Part shown: positions 14,235 to 27,100 of the stretch, in pieces
Layout: each line of letters opens with the position of its first letter
Numbering within the stretch: position 1 is the stretch's first letter
Source: Yuukianura sp. NJ FZ-2021
Taxonomy: Eukaryota
Reading direction: 5' to 3'
Length of the DNA: 64,000 bases
NCBI GenBank assembly: GCA_046563655.1
Contig: CM102286.1
Coordinates: 4,650,001 to 4,714,000 of the forward strand
Made by a program: the position numbers and the translations under genes
Notes under the pieces: model-generated
Told to the model about the DNA's origin: nothing
The model's database searches: none
What the model saw: only the letters and a program-made list of their open reading frames with translations

Positions 14235-14592
14235 CACCGCTTAGGTGTCCCAATAAATCCTGAAGGATAAACACTTTGTCTGCTGAAGACCCCCAGTGGA
14301 AATGGACCTCCTACAGCCTTTACTTCTTCCAAATGGGTGAGTTATTGCAATCAAAGGAAACAACATGCCTAATAACCACTTGAAAAAATACACCCAAACA
14401 CTTAAACATTTCACACCAAACCTTCTTCAAGTGTGTTCTTACAAACGGAATTCCATCAAATTAAATTTATTGCCTAAAAAATTGAATTATGGGGTCAGAA
14501 ATCTAACCGAAGACAAGATCCAATTTGGTTTAAAGCGGAAATGATGTCAAGAGCTTTAAACTGTCAAATGTGGTTTTCAAAATGAAAGCGCT

Positions 14593-14605
14593 TGACCTCT
14601 GACCT
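14593..14605 (-). promoter_or_regulatory. Second perfect DR1 nuclear-receptor element
   Basis: TGACCT-C-TGACCT, same orientation as the first, 371 bp further upstream. Confidence 0.45.
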
Positions 14606-17600
14606 GCAATTTCACAAACGGCTGTTTATTTTCATTTTCCAAAATTTGTGTCACGCTTAGCGTTGTAGATCAGGTTTTAGAACCAAAGAAATCTTATTGT
14701 TTGCCATCTGAACCTTTGTAGGAGTAAAAATGGACGTCGAGTGCTTGGGAGTGTAATGCCTATTTAATACGTCTTTAATAAATTACTTCATCTGACACGT
14801 TTAGGTCCATACATGGGTGAGATCGTGTCAGTTGGGAACAATATTAGTGTCTATAAAATTAGTTCCAAGTGCTAGACGTGTCTAATCGGTTATTCGTCTT
14901 TTTAGGAAAAGAGAAATTTGTGGTACCAAAACAATAATGGATTAAGAATAGTGAAAAAATAAATACGACATTTTATCAAAGATGCTGTTAAAAATTACTT
15001 TTAGTTTAACTGAGAAAGCATGTTGTTTTGAAAAGAACTTTAATCAGCCCACTGTTTTTTTTTTTTTGTAGTTCTTTCCACTTGACCAAAGTGAAAATTT
15101 TTAAAATCAAGTATTGCTAACAAATCTGCATTATTTATGCAACACGCCCTCATTGATTCCTCGTTTTGACTGGTTCTACAGAATATCTGTTATAATAAAT
15201 GCTCAATTATTGGGATTAGTCAAAATATTTTGACAAAAATTTAAACAACGCCTCTGAAACAATAGATTCTTTATGACATTTTGCTTCTGACAGATACAAA
15301 GTAGCTACTGGTGGGCGTGTGACACTGATGATACTTTGTATAAAGACGTAGTTGTCAAATATTGTAATTTTAAGGGTTCAAATTCTGTTTGTCCTTTGTA
15401 ATGTTACTCTTTTAAACTAATATTTTTCAATACAAATAGCCATATTTGTAAGTTTTGTGATGTGACGCCGCATTGGATTTCTGATTTGATCCAAAACAAC
15501 CACACCTAATTGTTCCATTCTTCTATACTTGATTGAGCCATGAGATACAATTGTTCTGGTTATGAGTCAAACAATGATCTTTTGTTTTGTATTTTTATTT
15601 TATAATACGTTTCAAGACCAAGAATGTGATTGTCATAAGTTTAAATAAATCAATTTTGAAAAATACAAGTAAGGAACTAATACTTTACCGCTATAATTGA
15701 GATGAATTTGGATTTGATTAGGATTTGAGGACAAATGTGCTTTATTTGACAAAGAATTCAATTGCTTTCTTTTTAATTGGCCAGCAGTACAGCACTAAAA
15801 AATTGTAGTTTTTTGAATTTATAATTTATTAGTGTTGCTGAGTTGAAGTGTAAATGTAGGGACATGGGAATTGCTTTACCCCAAACTGTGCCAGTGATTC
15901 CATTGAAACCCTTTATGGAGAGGGATGAGGGTAGTTTTACTCCCAAAGTTGGAATAATTTAGAATCACTTTTTACCTGTAGTACTGAATGGTTTGGGGGT
16001 TGAAGAAAACAAATAGTCTTGGTTTATTGCCTATTATGCTGAGGGAAACTGTTGAATTGCATTATGATTACCTCCTTTGTCAGAAATAAATTTTATTTAT
16101 TGGATTCCACACTTCCTTTCAGTATTCCTCACAAATGGTACTAACCATTTTAAGTACCCTCTTTAAATGCATCTTATTGGTATCTCATCATTTCATAAAT
16201 TCAATTTCTAAGACAAAGAAAAGATATTCCAAATCACAAACATTTGCAAACGAGTATTTTAATTACTTAATTATTTTAAAAATGCAGTTTACCAAAGTCC
16301 CAATGTTTATCCGTTATTATACAGCAATAAAAAAATAAATATTATACTGCAGGTATAAGCGACATGAACGAACATTATTTCGATCATGTCTAAGCTTTTA
16401 ACATTTTAAGTTCACAGATAGTGCTTCTAAAACTTTTCCTTCAAATTTCAACGCTGAACGAAATATTGACACAAAAATTTTCCGCTTCAGATACCAAAAA
16501 TATTTATTTTACTAATGAATTTCCACTAAATAGTAATATTGTACATAATACATACAATTCTGTAATAAAACGCACACTTTGTGAATGCTAGTTATGCATT
16601 TTTTAAAATGTCTAATTCATCCCCGGTTAGCTGTATAATGAAAGTCATTTTAAATTTAACTGTTGCGATTTCAACGGGTTTAGTTCAGATTAACATTTTT
16701 GGGTGGCTTAAGGTGTTTAGACGCCAAGTGATGATTAATGCAGAAAACTGGGCCTTAAGCAGTTGATGTTTCCGCTTTTCATTTTGTTTCTTTAGAATAA
16801 TTGAAGTGTATAAAGTACTACGAAGAGCCTTGATAAATGGAAACTGACAAAGGAGTGTGAAAAGATCAAGTGATCCTGTCATGTTTTTTTCGGCGTTTAA
16901 GGTGTATGGTTGGTGTCTTGTAACCTAATGTGATTAAACAGGGTGATGATGATGGATGTTTTCCTAAGTCTTCATAGTCCGTGTTGGATTTCAGTGAGGC
17001 CTTAGACAATGGGTACTTCTTGTTTTCTTTATTGGGGGTAGTCGGTACATGTAACTGAGCCAGTTGCGATAAGGAGCCCTTGGGGGTCATCCTACCATTA
17101 ACAATTGAACATCCACCTTTAACCTAATTAAAATCACTTGAGACACTTACAGGGCACTTGAATATGAATATGAAGTACCCACTTTCCTGAATCAACGGCT
17201 TAAGTTCATTGCGATTTCCCAAGAAATTCCAAGAATTTAACTAACTTTTCTCTTTAACTTTCTCCAAATGCAGAAACTCTGGTAAGAAAAGAGCTTGAAC
17301 TTTCAGTTCTGTGATTTCCTCTAGTTGCGATGACATGTTGTGGTTACTTTTAGTATGTTTTGGGTATTTAGAACATTCGGTTTGACACCTTAGGGTAACT
17401 TTGGATTGGTGTAGGACGAGGTGTGAAACTGTGTGGCTTATAAGCTCCGCCCATTACGAACTGTTCATTACTCAAACCAAGCCTCCTTTCCTTACCACCG
17501 GTTGCGTCATTCCAGCATAACCTATTCCTTCTTTCACTTTAACAAGCACTGATCTTGTGTTTTAAGAAGTTACTCCATTGAGTATGATCCACATTGACGT

Positions 17601-17763
17601 CTGAAGCGTCCAAGACAATACAAATTTCGTACTCACTTACTCCACTTTTCCAAAACTGTAACGTAAAAAGTATAACAAAAACGCTAAAATTCAAAAAAGT
17701 TTTAGTCAATTTAAATATTTTGATCACGCAAGTGCAAAAGTACCAATGTTCTAGTGCAACATT

Positions 17764-20609
17764 ATGATAAAGATGGTACCAGGGTTAAATAGTTCAGAAG
17801 TTGACAGTGAAAGTGACAGTAGTGAAGATTCAAAAGTTGACATTCAAAGTCCTAGGTCAAGGTCACCTCCACAGGTCAGTACACCAACGTCAGTTCCACA
17901 ATGCACACAAAATGACGCGGGAAGTCTCATTTTGAGACCGCGACCATCACAGCACATGGATTCATTTGAATTTCGTTATACACTACCAATAGTACTTCCA
18001 CGTAGAGTGCCATGTGTAGTGCTTTCACCCAACAATGAATCTTCTACTACCCCGGGAATGCCCATGTTCCAAGTTCCAGTAATTGACTCACCTTTGGATT
18101 CCATCATGGCAAAAATTTCAAAATTGTCAAGTACTGAATCCCCATTTACGTTTTCCGCCAATGGAAATTTTACTTGGAAACAGAGTGAAAGTTACCACGA
18201 AGACAATCTGAGAGAAAGCATGGAACTTTACAATTCAATGAAAGAAATTGTCAAAGATTCGGAACGGACCGAAAACGAACAAATTTCTGCACAGAAAGCG
18301 CCAAGTGACGCTGAAGATCGAAATTTCACCGTTAAAACCTCAACTAATTCTGGCCAGTTAAGTTTCGGCATTGATCGGATTCTACACAGCAAACCGGCGT
18401 GCAATGTCGGCAAAGGTGAGAACTTGTTGTTTTAAAACACTTTTTTTTTACAGTGCAGGAGTAAAGTTGTAGAAATTTTTGAAGAAATGGAGTAGCTAAC
18501 GCTGTGGTTTAGAAAAAGTCTTACCCTCTCATCTCCATTGTTTGTTGTTTTTGAAAAAGTGAAATAAGTATTGTAAAGTCTTTAGACAAATCTTGGAAGG
18601 ATCTCAAACTTCTCACCAAAGTAAACATTGAATAAAACATAAGCTGCTCTGTTTGATTTCCAGATGAAGCAGTGAACAAGCCTGTCTCCACACAGTTTCC
18701 TCGGACACATTCTGACTTTCATCAGCCCAAGTATCTCAACCATTGCTCTGACTGCTACTTACTTTCTCGGTTTTGTTACAAATATTCACCCCCACGCTCT
18801 CCCGCTCCTGGATCTACTCCATGTCAATCAAATTCAAATTGTTCTGCCACCATTTGGAACGCCATTCCACACAACATCTATGATCATACCTCCACTTTTA
18901 TACAATCAAGCGGTAAGTTCATCTTTTTAGCAACTGCGCTAAACGAAACCTAAATATTTCTACAAAAAATATTTTTAAAAAAATTTAAGAAATAAATAGC
19001 GTTTGGAGTTCGGCGCTCTTGGGGTATCAGAAATTGGTTGAATGAAATTTTCAAAACAGACCGATTTTTGAAATCCGGGAATTCCGACTTTTGGTGTCAT
19101 CGGCTGAACTTCGTTAAATTTTAGGTTGAAGAAGCCACTACATCTGCCTAAAAGTCTGTATTTTCTCTTTTAATAAATAAAAGGCAATAAATCGCTTGAA
19201 AGTGATTCTGACGGGACACCACGGAGTGTGAAGAATCTTTGTTGGATCTCGGGTGGTCCAAAGTGCGGGAGATTTTAAAGTTTAGTTGGAAAAGCAAATG
19301 GGACCATGCAGAGAGGGAGTTAGGTTAGGTTTTAGGTTTTACCATATGGCCAACCACTAAGCAATTGAACTTACCTCATTATTATGATTTTCAATTCCTT
19401 ACAATACGCAGAGAGAGGCTCATATAAACAAATTGAGATTGATTTACGACCATCTCCTTCTCTCTACCATCATCACCTCTGCCACTTCTAAGGATTTTGA
19501 TTCATCTGAACACGAAACCATAACCACCAGTTAATGGCTCAACTACAGTTTTTTACATTTAAATTCTCCCTCGCTTATTTTCTAAGACTTCGTAATGGTC
19601 CCACAAAAACTCTCATAAAGACGAACTAAAGACTGCTAAGTCGATGAAAGGCAGACGCTTCTGCTACAGTATGCTGACCAGAGGGAACTTTTGAATCTTG
19701 AAATCATGGAGATGACACTAACCCATTAACTCTCAGATTATATAAATATTAGATAACTTTTGTTTATATTGAGATCTTTCTGAATGTTATTGACATTGGG
19801 AAAAACGATCATTATTTTTAGTACCGTTTTGACATTGGATCTAAAAATATTTTAACTTCTGGCATAGCTGATGACTTAAAGTGCAACCAGAATTCATTTT
19901 TGAGACGAATTCAATTTAAAATTCTCATACAATTGAAAACTACTGATTTGTTTTTAAAGGAAAATTAGAATTTTTTTTAGAGTGTAAGCATTTCTGTTTT
20001 GTTTGTTTTCAGGATTTCGAAGTGCTCAAATTGGATCATTTCCTTCCAGCAATCCATCCACTTTCCATGGGATCTCTTCCATTGTCTCTTGTAATAATAA
20101 TACAAATGGAAGGCGGAAACGATCTTGGTCTAGAGCGGTATTTTCAAATTTACAACGCAAAGGCTTAGAAAAACGATTTCAAATCCAAAAGTACATCACC
20201 AAGCCAGACAGGAGACAACTCGCTGCCACATTAGGTCTCACTGACGCGCAGGTAAAAGTACTTTCTCTTTTTTTATTTGTAATGCAATGGTTCTAGCGAC
20301 AGATGCATTGAAATAGTCAAGACTTGTAGTGGGAAGCTTCAGCAACTTGATTATAGGGAAAAGAAATTCTGAAGCGGGAACATCTCGATGCCGTTTGCTA
20401 CTAATTTCTAAAAAAATATCTATTGAGTGTTGTAGATTATCGAAATACACTTGTCCAATTTCTTGCAGGTTAAAGTTTGGTTCCAGAATCGCCGAATGAA
20501 ATGGAGACATTCAAAAGAAGGAAAGTCTGGAGATGTAATTGGAACTGATATTCTCACCCCAAGTACCAATTCAACTATTACTCCTGCCACTCGTATTGAA
20601 AATCATTAG
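17764..20609 (+). CDS. H2.0: H2.0-like homeobox transcription factor (HLX family)
   Basis: Exons 17764-18415, 18664-18912, 20013-20251, 20469-20609 in phase. eh1 motif LSFGIDRIL; homeodomain [58 protein letters not shown], characteristic of HLX/H2.0; AATAAA at 20652. Confidence 0.95.
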
Positions 20610-20818
20610 CCAACTTGGATATTTTACACTTTTGAAAATATCTATTGAAAAAATAAAACATAGGAAACATGAAAATGTTGGTAATGCGTCGCATAACTTT
20701 CGATTAAACGAGTGACTGCGAACGCCAATAATTTGATTGATCGATCCAACAACAGACTATGTTGTACAATTTCCACTAAACAGATAGGTATTTTTTTTAA
20801 AAACCTAAAGCAAGAGAA

Positions 20819-22191
20819 ATGGAGTCAGATCACGCTGAAGTAACCGACTTGGAGTTAAACACTAGTGAAGATCCTAACAGAATCCTTTCTTCAAAATTAC
20901 AATCAGAAAAGAAAGAGTTCATCAAGCACTTGACCATGGGAATTGAAGACATTTTGCGTAAAAGGAACTAAAACTTTATAGTTTTACGTTGCGATAAAAA
21001 ATTAATTCTTAAATACCAATTTCCATTGTGAGAAATTTTACTTCGAAGTCTTTATGAAATGGCAAGAAAAAAACGTCATGCGCTTTCACTTTGTATTTAG
21101 AGGCACATCCGATGATCAAGGACGTTAAGCTGGCCACAAAGCCTCCGGTAAGTCCGTTCTTGCTGACTGCTTGGGAAAGGCGTTATGGCATTCGACTTCC
21201 GTCGGATTTGAAAGCCTACTACAGCTCCACCAATGGGTTTCAGCTGAAGTGGAGCCTGGTTTATGCCGATGAAGTTTTAAAAGTTGGTCATTTATGTATC
21301 AACGCACTTCAAGAACTAACGCCATGCTTAACACCATTGAAACCAGCAGAACCAAGTGTATCATCTACTAAAGGCGTCCCTGCACCAAGTATCACCGTCC
21401 CACGTCCGGAAATCCAGAAGGAAGCCAGTGAAAGTAAAGACGTAAGTGGGAGTAGTGGAAACTTTCTCCTGATATTGTCAGATTAAAAATTTTAAACTCA
21501 TGACTTAAACTGAAACTTTCGATAAATATTGTGTTGATTTAGGGTATTTTATATTAACTAGAGTTATCGGTTCTTACAGAAAACTCAAACGGGATTACCT
21601 ACATTGGAAGTTGCGAGTCACAAGACAATGAAGGCATTTCATCTCGACAGCAGCAATCCTGAAAGTGGCAATATTTTTATTGTTTTTGTTGAAGATAAAG
21701 TGCTGCCAAAAAGTAGCGAAGGTCAAGGCGTCGGGAAACACATTACATTGCCACCGGCACAGGTCACTGAATCCGAAGCACAAGTATGGTTTCAAGACAA
21801 ATCAGGTCAGTGGCACTATTTGGCACCGACTTTTACCGTATACTACCGAATGGCCATGTTCCACTTGGGTCTACCAGATTGGATGTATCGATTCACATCA
21901 ACTGGACTTTCGGCCTGGACTGAGGTAATCACACCAGAGCACCACAAATTTTGGAAGAAAAACTACAGAAACTATAGTACAAATTTTTGAATTTTTTAGC
22001 AAATCTTTTGGCTCATTGCGCCCATCTTGTTGCAACCGGTTCCGCAAAGATCAAAGGCGGAAAGTACTGAAACAGTTTGGTCACGTGACGTCCCGATCGA
22101 AGCGGCACGTCCTAACGAAGTTCCAAACGTACTGTATTTGAGCATGCTCAAGAAAAAGAAAAAAGTGAACTCCAAGTCCCAACTGTCGTAA
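20819..22191 (+). CDS. TPGS2: Tubulin polyglutamylase complex subunit 2 (SMI1/KNR4-like fold)
   Basis: Exons 20819-20957, 21101-21441, 21580-21924, 22000-22191 in phase. Motifs WERRYGIRLPSDLKAYYSSTNGFQLKW and VWFQDKSGQWHYLAPTFTVYYRMAMFHLGLPDW; AATAAA at 22193. Confidence 0.88.
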
Positions 22192-24194
22192 CAATAAATT
22201 TAATTTTGTAAAATCTAAATAATTTAATAGGTTTGTGGAGAAACACATTTTGCAAATCAACTTTCCCCAACATTTTTTTTGTCCACAGGGTTCTCCATCC
22301 CTCCACAATACAATTAAAATATTACAATTCAAAAAGTGCTTGAGACGCATAAAAACTTAGATTTAACAGTATAACAGTGAAAGAAAATGTGTAAATTAAT
22401 CTACCCCACAATAATAGTCACTTCGCACTTGATTTCGGGCGGTGCAGTCACAATACAATTACATGTGCAAAAATTTAGACATTGGTACAGTACAAGCCTT
22501 AACATGAATTTGCCTAACACTAAATAAAGTTAAGGAAATATAATTAATTGAAAATATTAATCTGACAAGCACCACTTTATCTATAAGTTAAAGTTAAAAC
22601 GCAATTGTAATTTAAGAACTTTTTTTTTGAAACATTACAACTTCTGTTGTAAACTGATTGTTACAAAAAGATTTTAACAGCTACGTATTCATTTAAAGTT
22701 TCGTGCGTGTTTTCATTCCCATTCTTTGCATGTTCAAAAAAGCGTCATTTTTGACATTTCTCAGTTAAACAGTGTCGAGGTGACAAATTTTTAAATGTTT
22801 TAAATTAGTTAGGTTTAGTTTAGCATTTAATAGGTGTGAAAGGCATCAATTAGAATCGAATTACCATTTTAGTTAATGAAACATTATTAGTAGTTAGGTA
22901 GAAAAAGGACTCGATAAAGTTTTAATTGTAGAGTTTAAATGCAAGTTATGTATCAACAGACATGCTTTTTTAGGAGTAAAAAGAATGATAAAGTTGTAAC
23001 TCAATTAAGAATTACAAGTTTAACAAGTTTTAGTTTTTAAAGTTTGGGTACATTGAAAAATTTTGGAATTGGAACACACGCGAAAGGACTTTTGGGCTTG
23101 GTTAACATTGGTCTCATGCAACACTTGTGCTTCCCAGATTAAATTGTAAAGTTAACAACAATTTTAAGTTAAATGCTGCTTTAGCGTTAGCGCTAATGCT
23201 GACGTAAAAACGTAACGTCACAATGTCCAAAGGACAATACAACTTTCACCAAAAATCAAAAGCTTGAGTGAGTCATACTTGTAAGAGATGACAATTGAGA
23301 AACGTTTGATCAAAATAGAATAATTAATAGTTATTGTACTTAAATTACAATAAGTATAGTAAGTGGACGTCCAAAGTCCATTAAATTAATAGTTTGCAAT
23401 TAAGGTTAAAGGCAGTAACTTTTTAGCTTAATTGTTGTTTTGAGTTGGACAAATCAATTTCAAACTTAAAATGCTGCAATTTCATAGACTGTGCTGCTGT
23501 ATAAATAGGCGCGTGCGTGCTGTAATTTGTAACAATTTAAATTTTTATAAGTTACGTCAAAATTTTTGTTAATAATATTTTTGCGAAGTTGCGTTGTTGC
23601 GTTGGTTTTAGTTGTGAAGTAAATTTCAGGTACAAAATTTACAATTGTGAATGTGCAATATATAAATTTTCACAGAAGGGTGTGCACATGTGCAAAGTTG
23701 CAATTTGATAAATAGAATACCAAATTAACATTCAATATTTTATACTAAACTTACAGTACATTTTTAAGTTCAAAATTTTTACCGACATTTTGAACAAGCC
23801 TGACGTAGCTTTCACAAATCGTAACAGATACAAAACTCTGCCAAATTTTGACTTTTAGCACAAATTCTGTGTGCTAAACCAGAATTTTATATTTTGAATG
23901 TTACAATGGAAGTTTTGTGTGTGGTGAGTTTACAATTAAATAACTTACTTATCAATCAAGTTATGAACTATTAGTTAGTATAACTTTGTAGTGAAATATC
24001 CAAGTGTAATTTATCACCACAAAAACAGGAATCAGAGTGCATCTGAGAAAATGACAACTGCGTTTGCGTAGTTGTGTATACTGTGCCCATCCACAGGAAT
24101 CATCCATGTTGGATGATTTTTAGTAAATTGGTTCAATGTTCAGTCTCCATATAAACTTGAATCAAGTTGTTCGTGGCGGGAATTTTTTAAAAAT

Positions 24195-27100
24195 TCAAGA
24201 TTGGAGCAGAACATGCCAACGACACATTTGATCTCCCTGGGCGTCACACATGTCCTCCCAGTGCGTTGTCTCTTCATCACCAGAACTGTTGTAACCTAAC
24301 GAAAACCAACCCAGAAGCTCTCGTCGTGTTACACCTTTCCGTCCATATACGGAGACGAGTAGAGTTACTTCAGAGATTTGGAACAGAGCAACCTGAAATA
24401 ACAGAAAACAAAGAGAAAGTCATTATGGGCGTTCGGAATCCCAGGGAATTCCACAGAACACAGCGGGAGCTAGAAGCAATTTCAAGTCCTTCCTTTTTTG
24501 CGTTTGTTTTGGTCTAACCAGTTTTCTACATAAACAAAAAGAGTAATGGAACGTGACTGCATTTTTTTGTCAATTCGGATCAATCTTCGGAGAAAGTGAA
24601 AACATATTGAAAAAATGAAAAACAAATAAAGTCCACGGGTCCCCCACCCCTTTTCCTTATTTTGAGATTTGAAATTTTAATGATGTTTGTGAGTTGGCTT
24701 CATATCGATTTTCATTAAGTTGAATTCATCACAAAGATTAGAAATCTCATCGATTTTTGGCTGATTTAAACGAGTTGGGAGACTACCACTATAATTTTCT
24801 TTTGTTCTTGACTTTCAAAATATTTTGTGAATGTTTTTAGGTTAGGTTTCGATTTCATTCTACTTTATAATTACAGTTCAAAATTTACCTGAAACATGAA
24901 CGTTTCTTTAAAAAGTGGATTTGACTGTGACCTTCGTAGTGAGGATTTGGCCCGTCCCATTTCTTGACTGTTACAACTGACTAGCACGAGCTTGACATAG
25001 GAATCCGGTGCTTTTCCACCAGCTAAATTTCTGTAAAATTCAAACAGCGCGGTATGATTTATGACAGTCATTTGTATTATTGCTGTTTGCAGAATTTGTA
25101 ACTTTTGAATTATTTGGTAATTGGAGTAGACGGATAACATTTGTTTCTTGAGAAGTTGATCCCACTAGTGTTGGGGTGGGGCAATTACCTAAAGTGGCTT
25201 CCTTTGATAATTTCTACAGTGAGTCTGCCAGTAGTTCCATTGTAGGCGAGACCCACCAACAGTTCTGGGATTCCATTTTGAATGGACTGAGTAGACGAAG
25301 CACTGTCACTTCGAGCTATACTTCCTGTCTCAGAACGACTGTCCCACTGGAATACAAATTAAATTTTGGAACCATTAGAGCCCTTGGCATTAACATTCAA
25401 CTGATGTACACAGTAAATGTACGGAAAGTAACCTAATCCACGTTGTACCAAACATGTACCGCGTAACGTAACGTAAGTAACCTAATGTATGTTATACGGT
25501 ACTCACAACGTACTGTCGTACGTTATGTTCAACAAGCAAATCCAATTTAAAACGGAACTTGGCTCCCTCTATGTCATGCCAGCTGACATAATTTTGCAAA
25601 ATTTTACAACTTTTATGGGAATTTGAGTCAAATTGTATTTTTTTTTTCACTTTATTGAAATTCAAGACGCAAAAAGAAATTGGAGAAAGTCGTATCAACT
25701 ACCGCTTGACCATGTCGTAACAGAGGCATATGAATTGAGAGTTTTTTTTAACAGGAAAGCAGAATGGAGTTTATTTTTCTTGAATGGAGAGTGGAAAATT
25801 TTAAGCGTCATTAATATTGTTTTTGTTTTATTATTATGCGTTGTTTTATGTATATTCTAAAAGTAATGTTAAACAATTCCTTGGTAATGAGCCTTCCGGC
25901 GCACTACTTAAAATAGTCAAGTACTATTTTCACAATTACAAACAACTGTGGGTGCCAAAATTTGTTATTGTAAATATACCCAAAAATGGAATTAGTCAAG
26001 GTCGTATTGGGGTTAATATAATTTAATCGTTTGGTTAAGTGACTAGTAATGACTTTTGACCAAAAGTACCGTAAGTGTAACGTGGAATTAAGACTTAGAA
26101 ACAGATAAAGTGAAAACTTACGGACAAGTGATATCTGGGTTCAAAGTTGAGCCACAACGTTGTTTCCAGTTCCAAGTGTAATGAACCAAAACCAACAATA
26201 CATTCTCCCAATAATCGTTCACGGCGCATACGTTCGCATCCGTATAGGCGCAGACGAATTCCCAGACTGCTCACATCCTCTGCATTACGAAAAAAAGATT
26301 AGAATTATTTTAAGCGTTGAAAATTAAAAGTGTAAAATTAAAAGTCTTCTCAACCCAAACGAGCAAACTTCAGTTTTTGTTTGATTTGGATTCAATATTT
26401 CAGTAATTTCGTTTCAACCTAGTGAAGTTTTTTTCAATAAAATGTTGGTCAACGCTTTCTGGTTACTTAATAATTAAAGCGAAATGGCTCCTGTGGTGCA
26501 AAATGTTGGAACGTAGCAGGCTAAAAGTAAACGTAATTCCAATTCCAAAAACTGAGTTTGCCAAAGCTGTTTTTGTAGATGGGATTAAAATCAAGCTTTT
26601 CAAACTGAGTTTTTCATAGGAAAGTTTGCTTATATTTTATTTCTACTCCCAGCGTTCTCTGGTAACTTTATCGGCGTTGGTTTTTGTTGGCAGAGTTCTG
26701 CTTATGGAGTAGTCAATGTTAATTTCTTATGAGATTTCTTCCATGAATAAGAGATCAAATGATTCCTCGTTTTTTCATTAAATCAGTGTGATATGGTTTT
26801 CGTTTTGGCACTTATTTTCTAGTACTCTTTTACTATTCGTACTTTCACAAAAATATAAATTCGCATTTTACGATTTAACGATATTTTTCAAAAAAGGGAC
26901 ACCAAAACAAAATTATTTTGATGACTCAAATATTATGTTGTGGACAGAGTAAACGTGCCAATTGATTTACCCGGATTGATTTTGCTGAATACAAAACTTT
27001 CCATATACTGCGGGTTTTCTCCAGGACGAACTTTAGTTTTCTGTCGACACTTTCTACTAGGAAGAAGGACTACACGAATCTGTACACGAAATGTAAAATT

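Noticed and set aside
17854..17865. AGGTCAAGGTCA DR0/FTZ-F1-like site
   Set aside because: It lies in H2.0 coding sequence (Arg-Ser-Arg-Ser) and is explained by codons.
23852..23878. Hairpin TTTAGCACA...TGTGCTAAA in the probable Syt14 3' UTR
   Set aside because: The stem is short and AT-rich, too small for a pre-miRNA, and has no other support.
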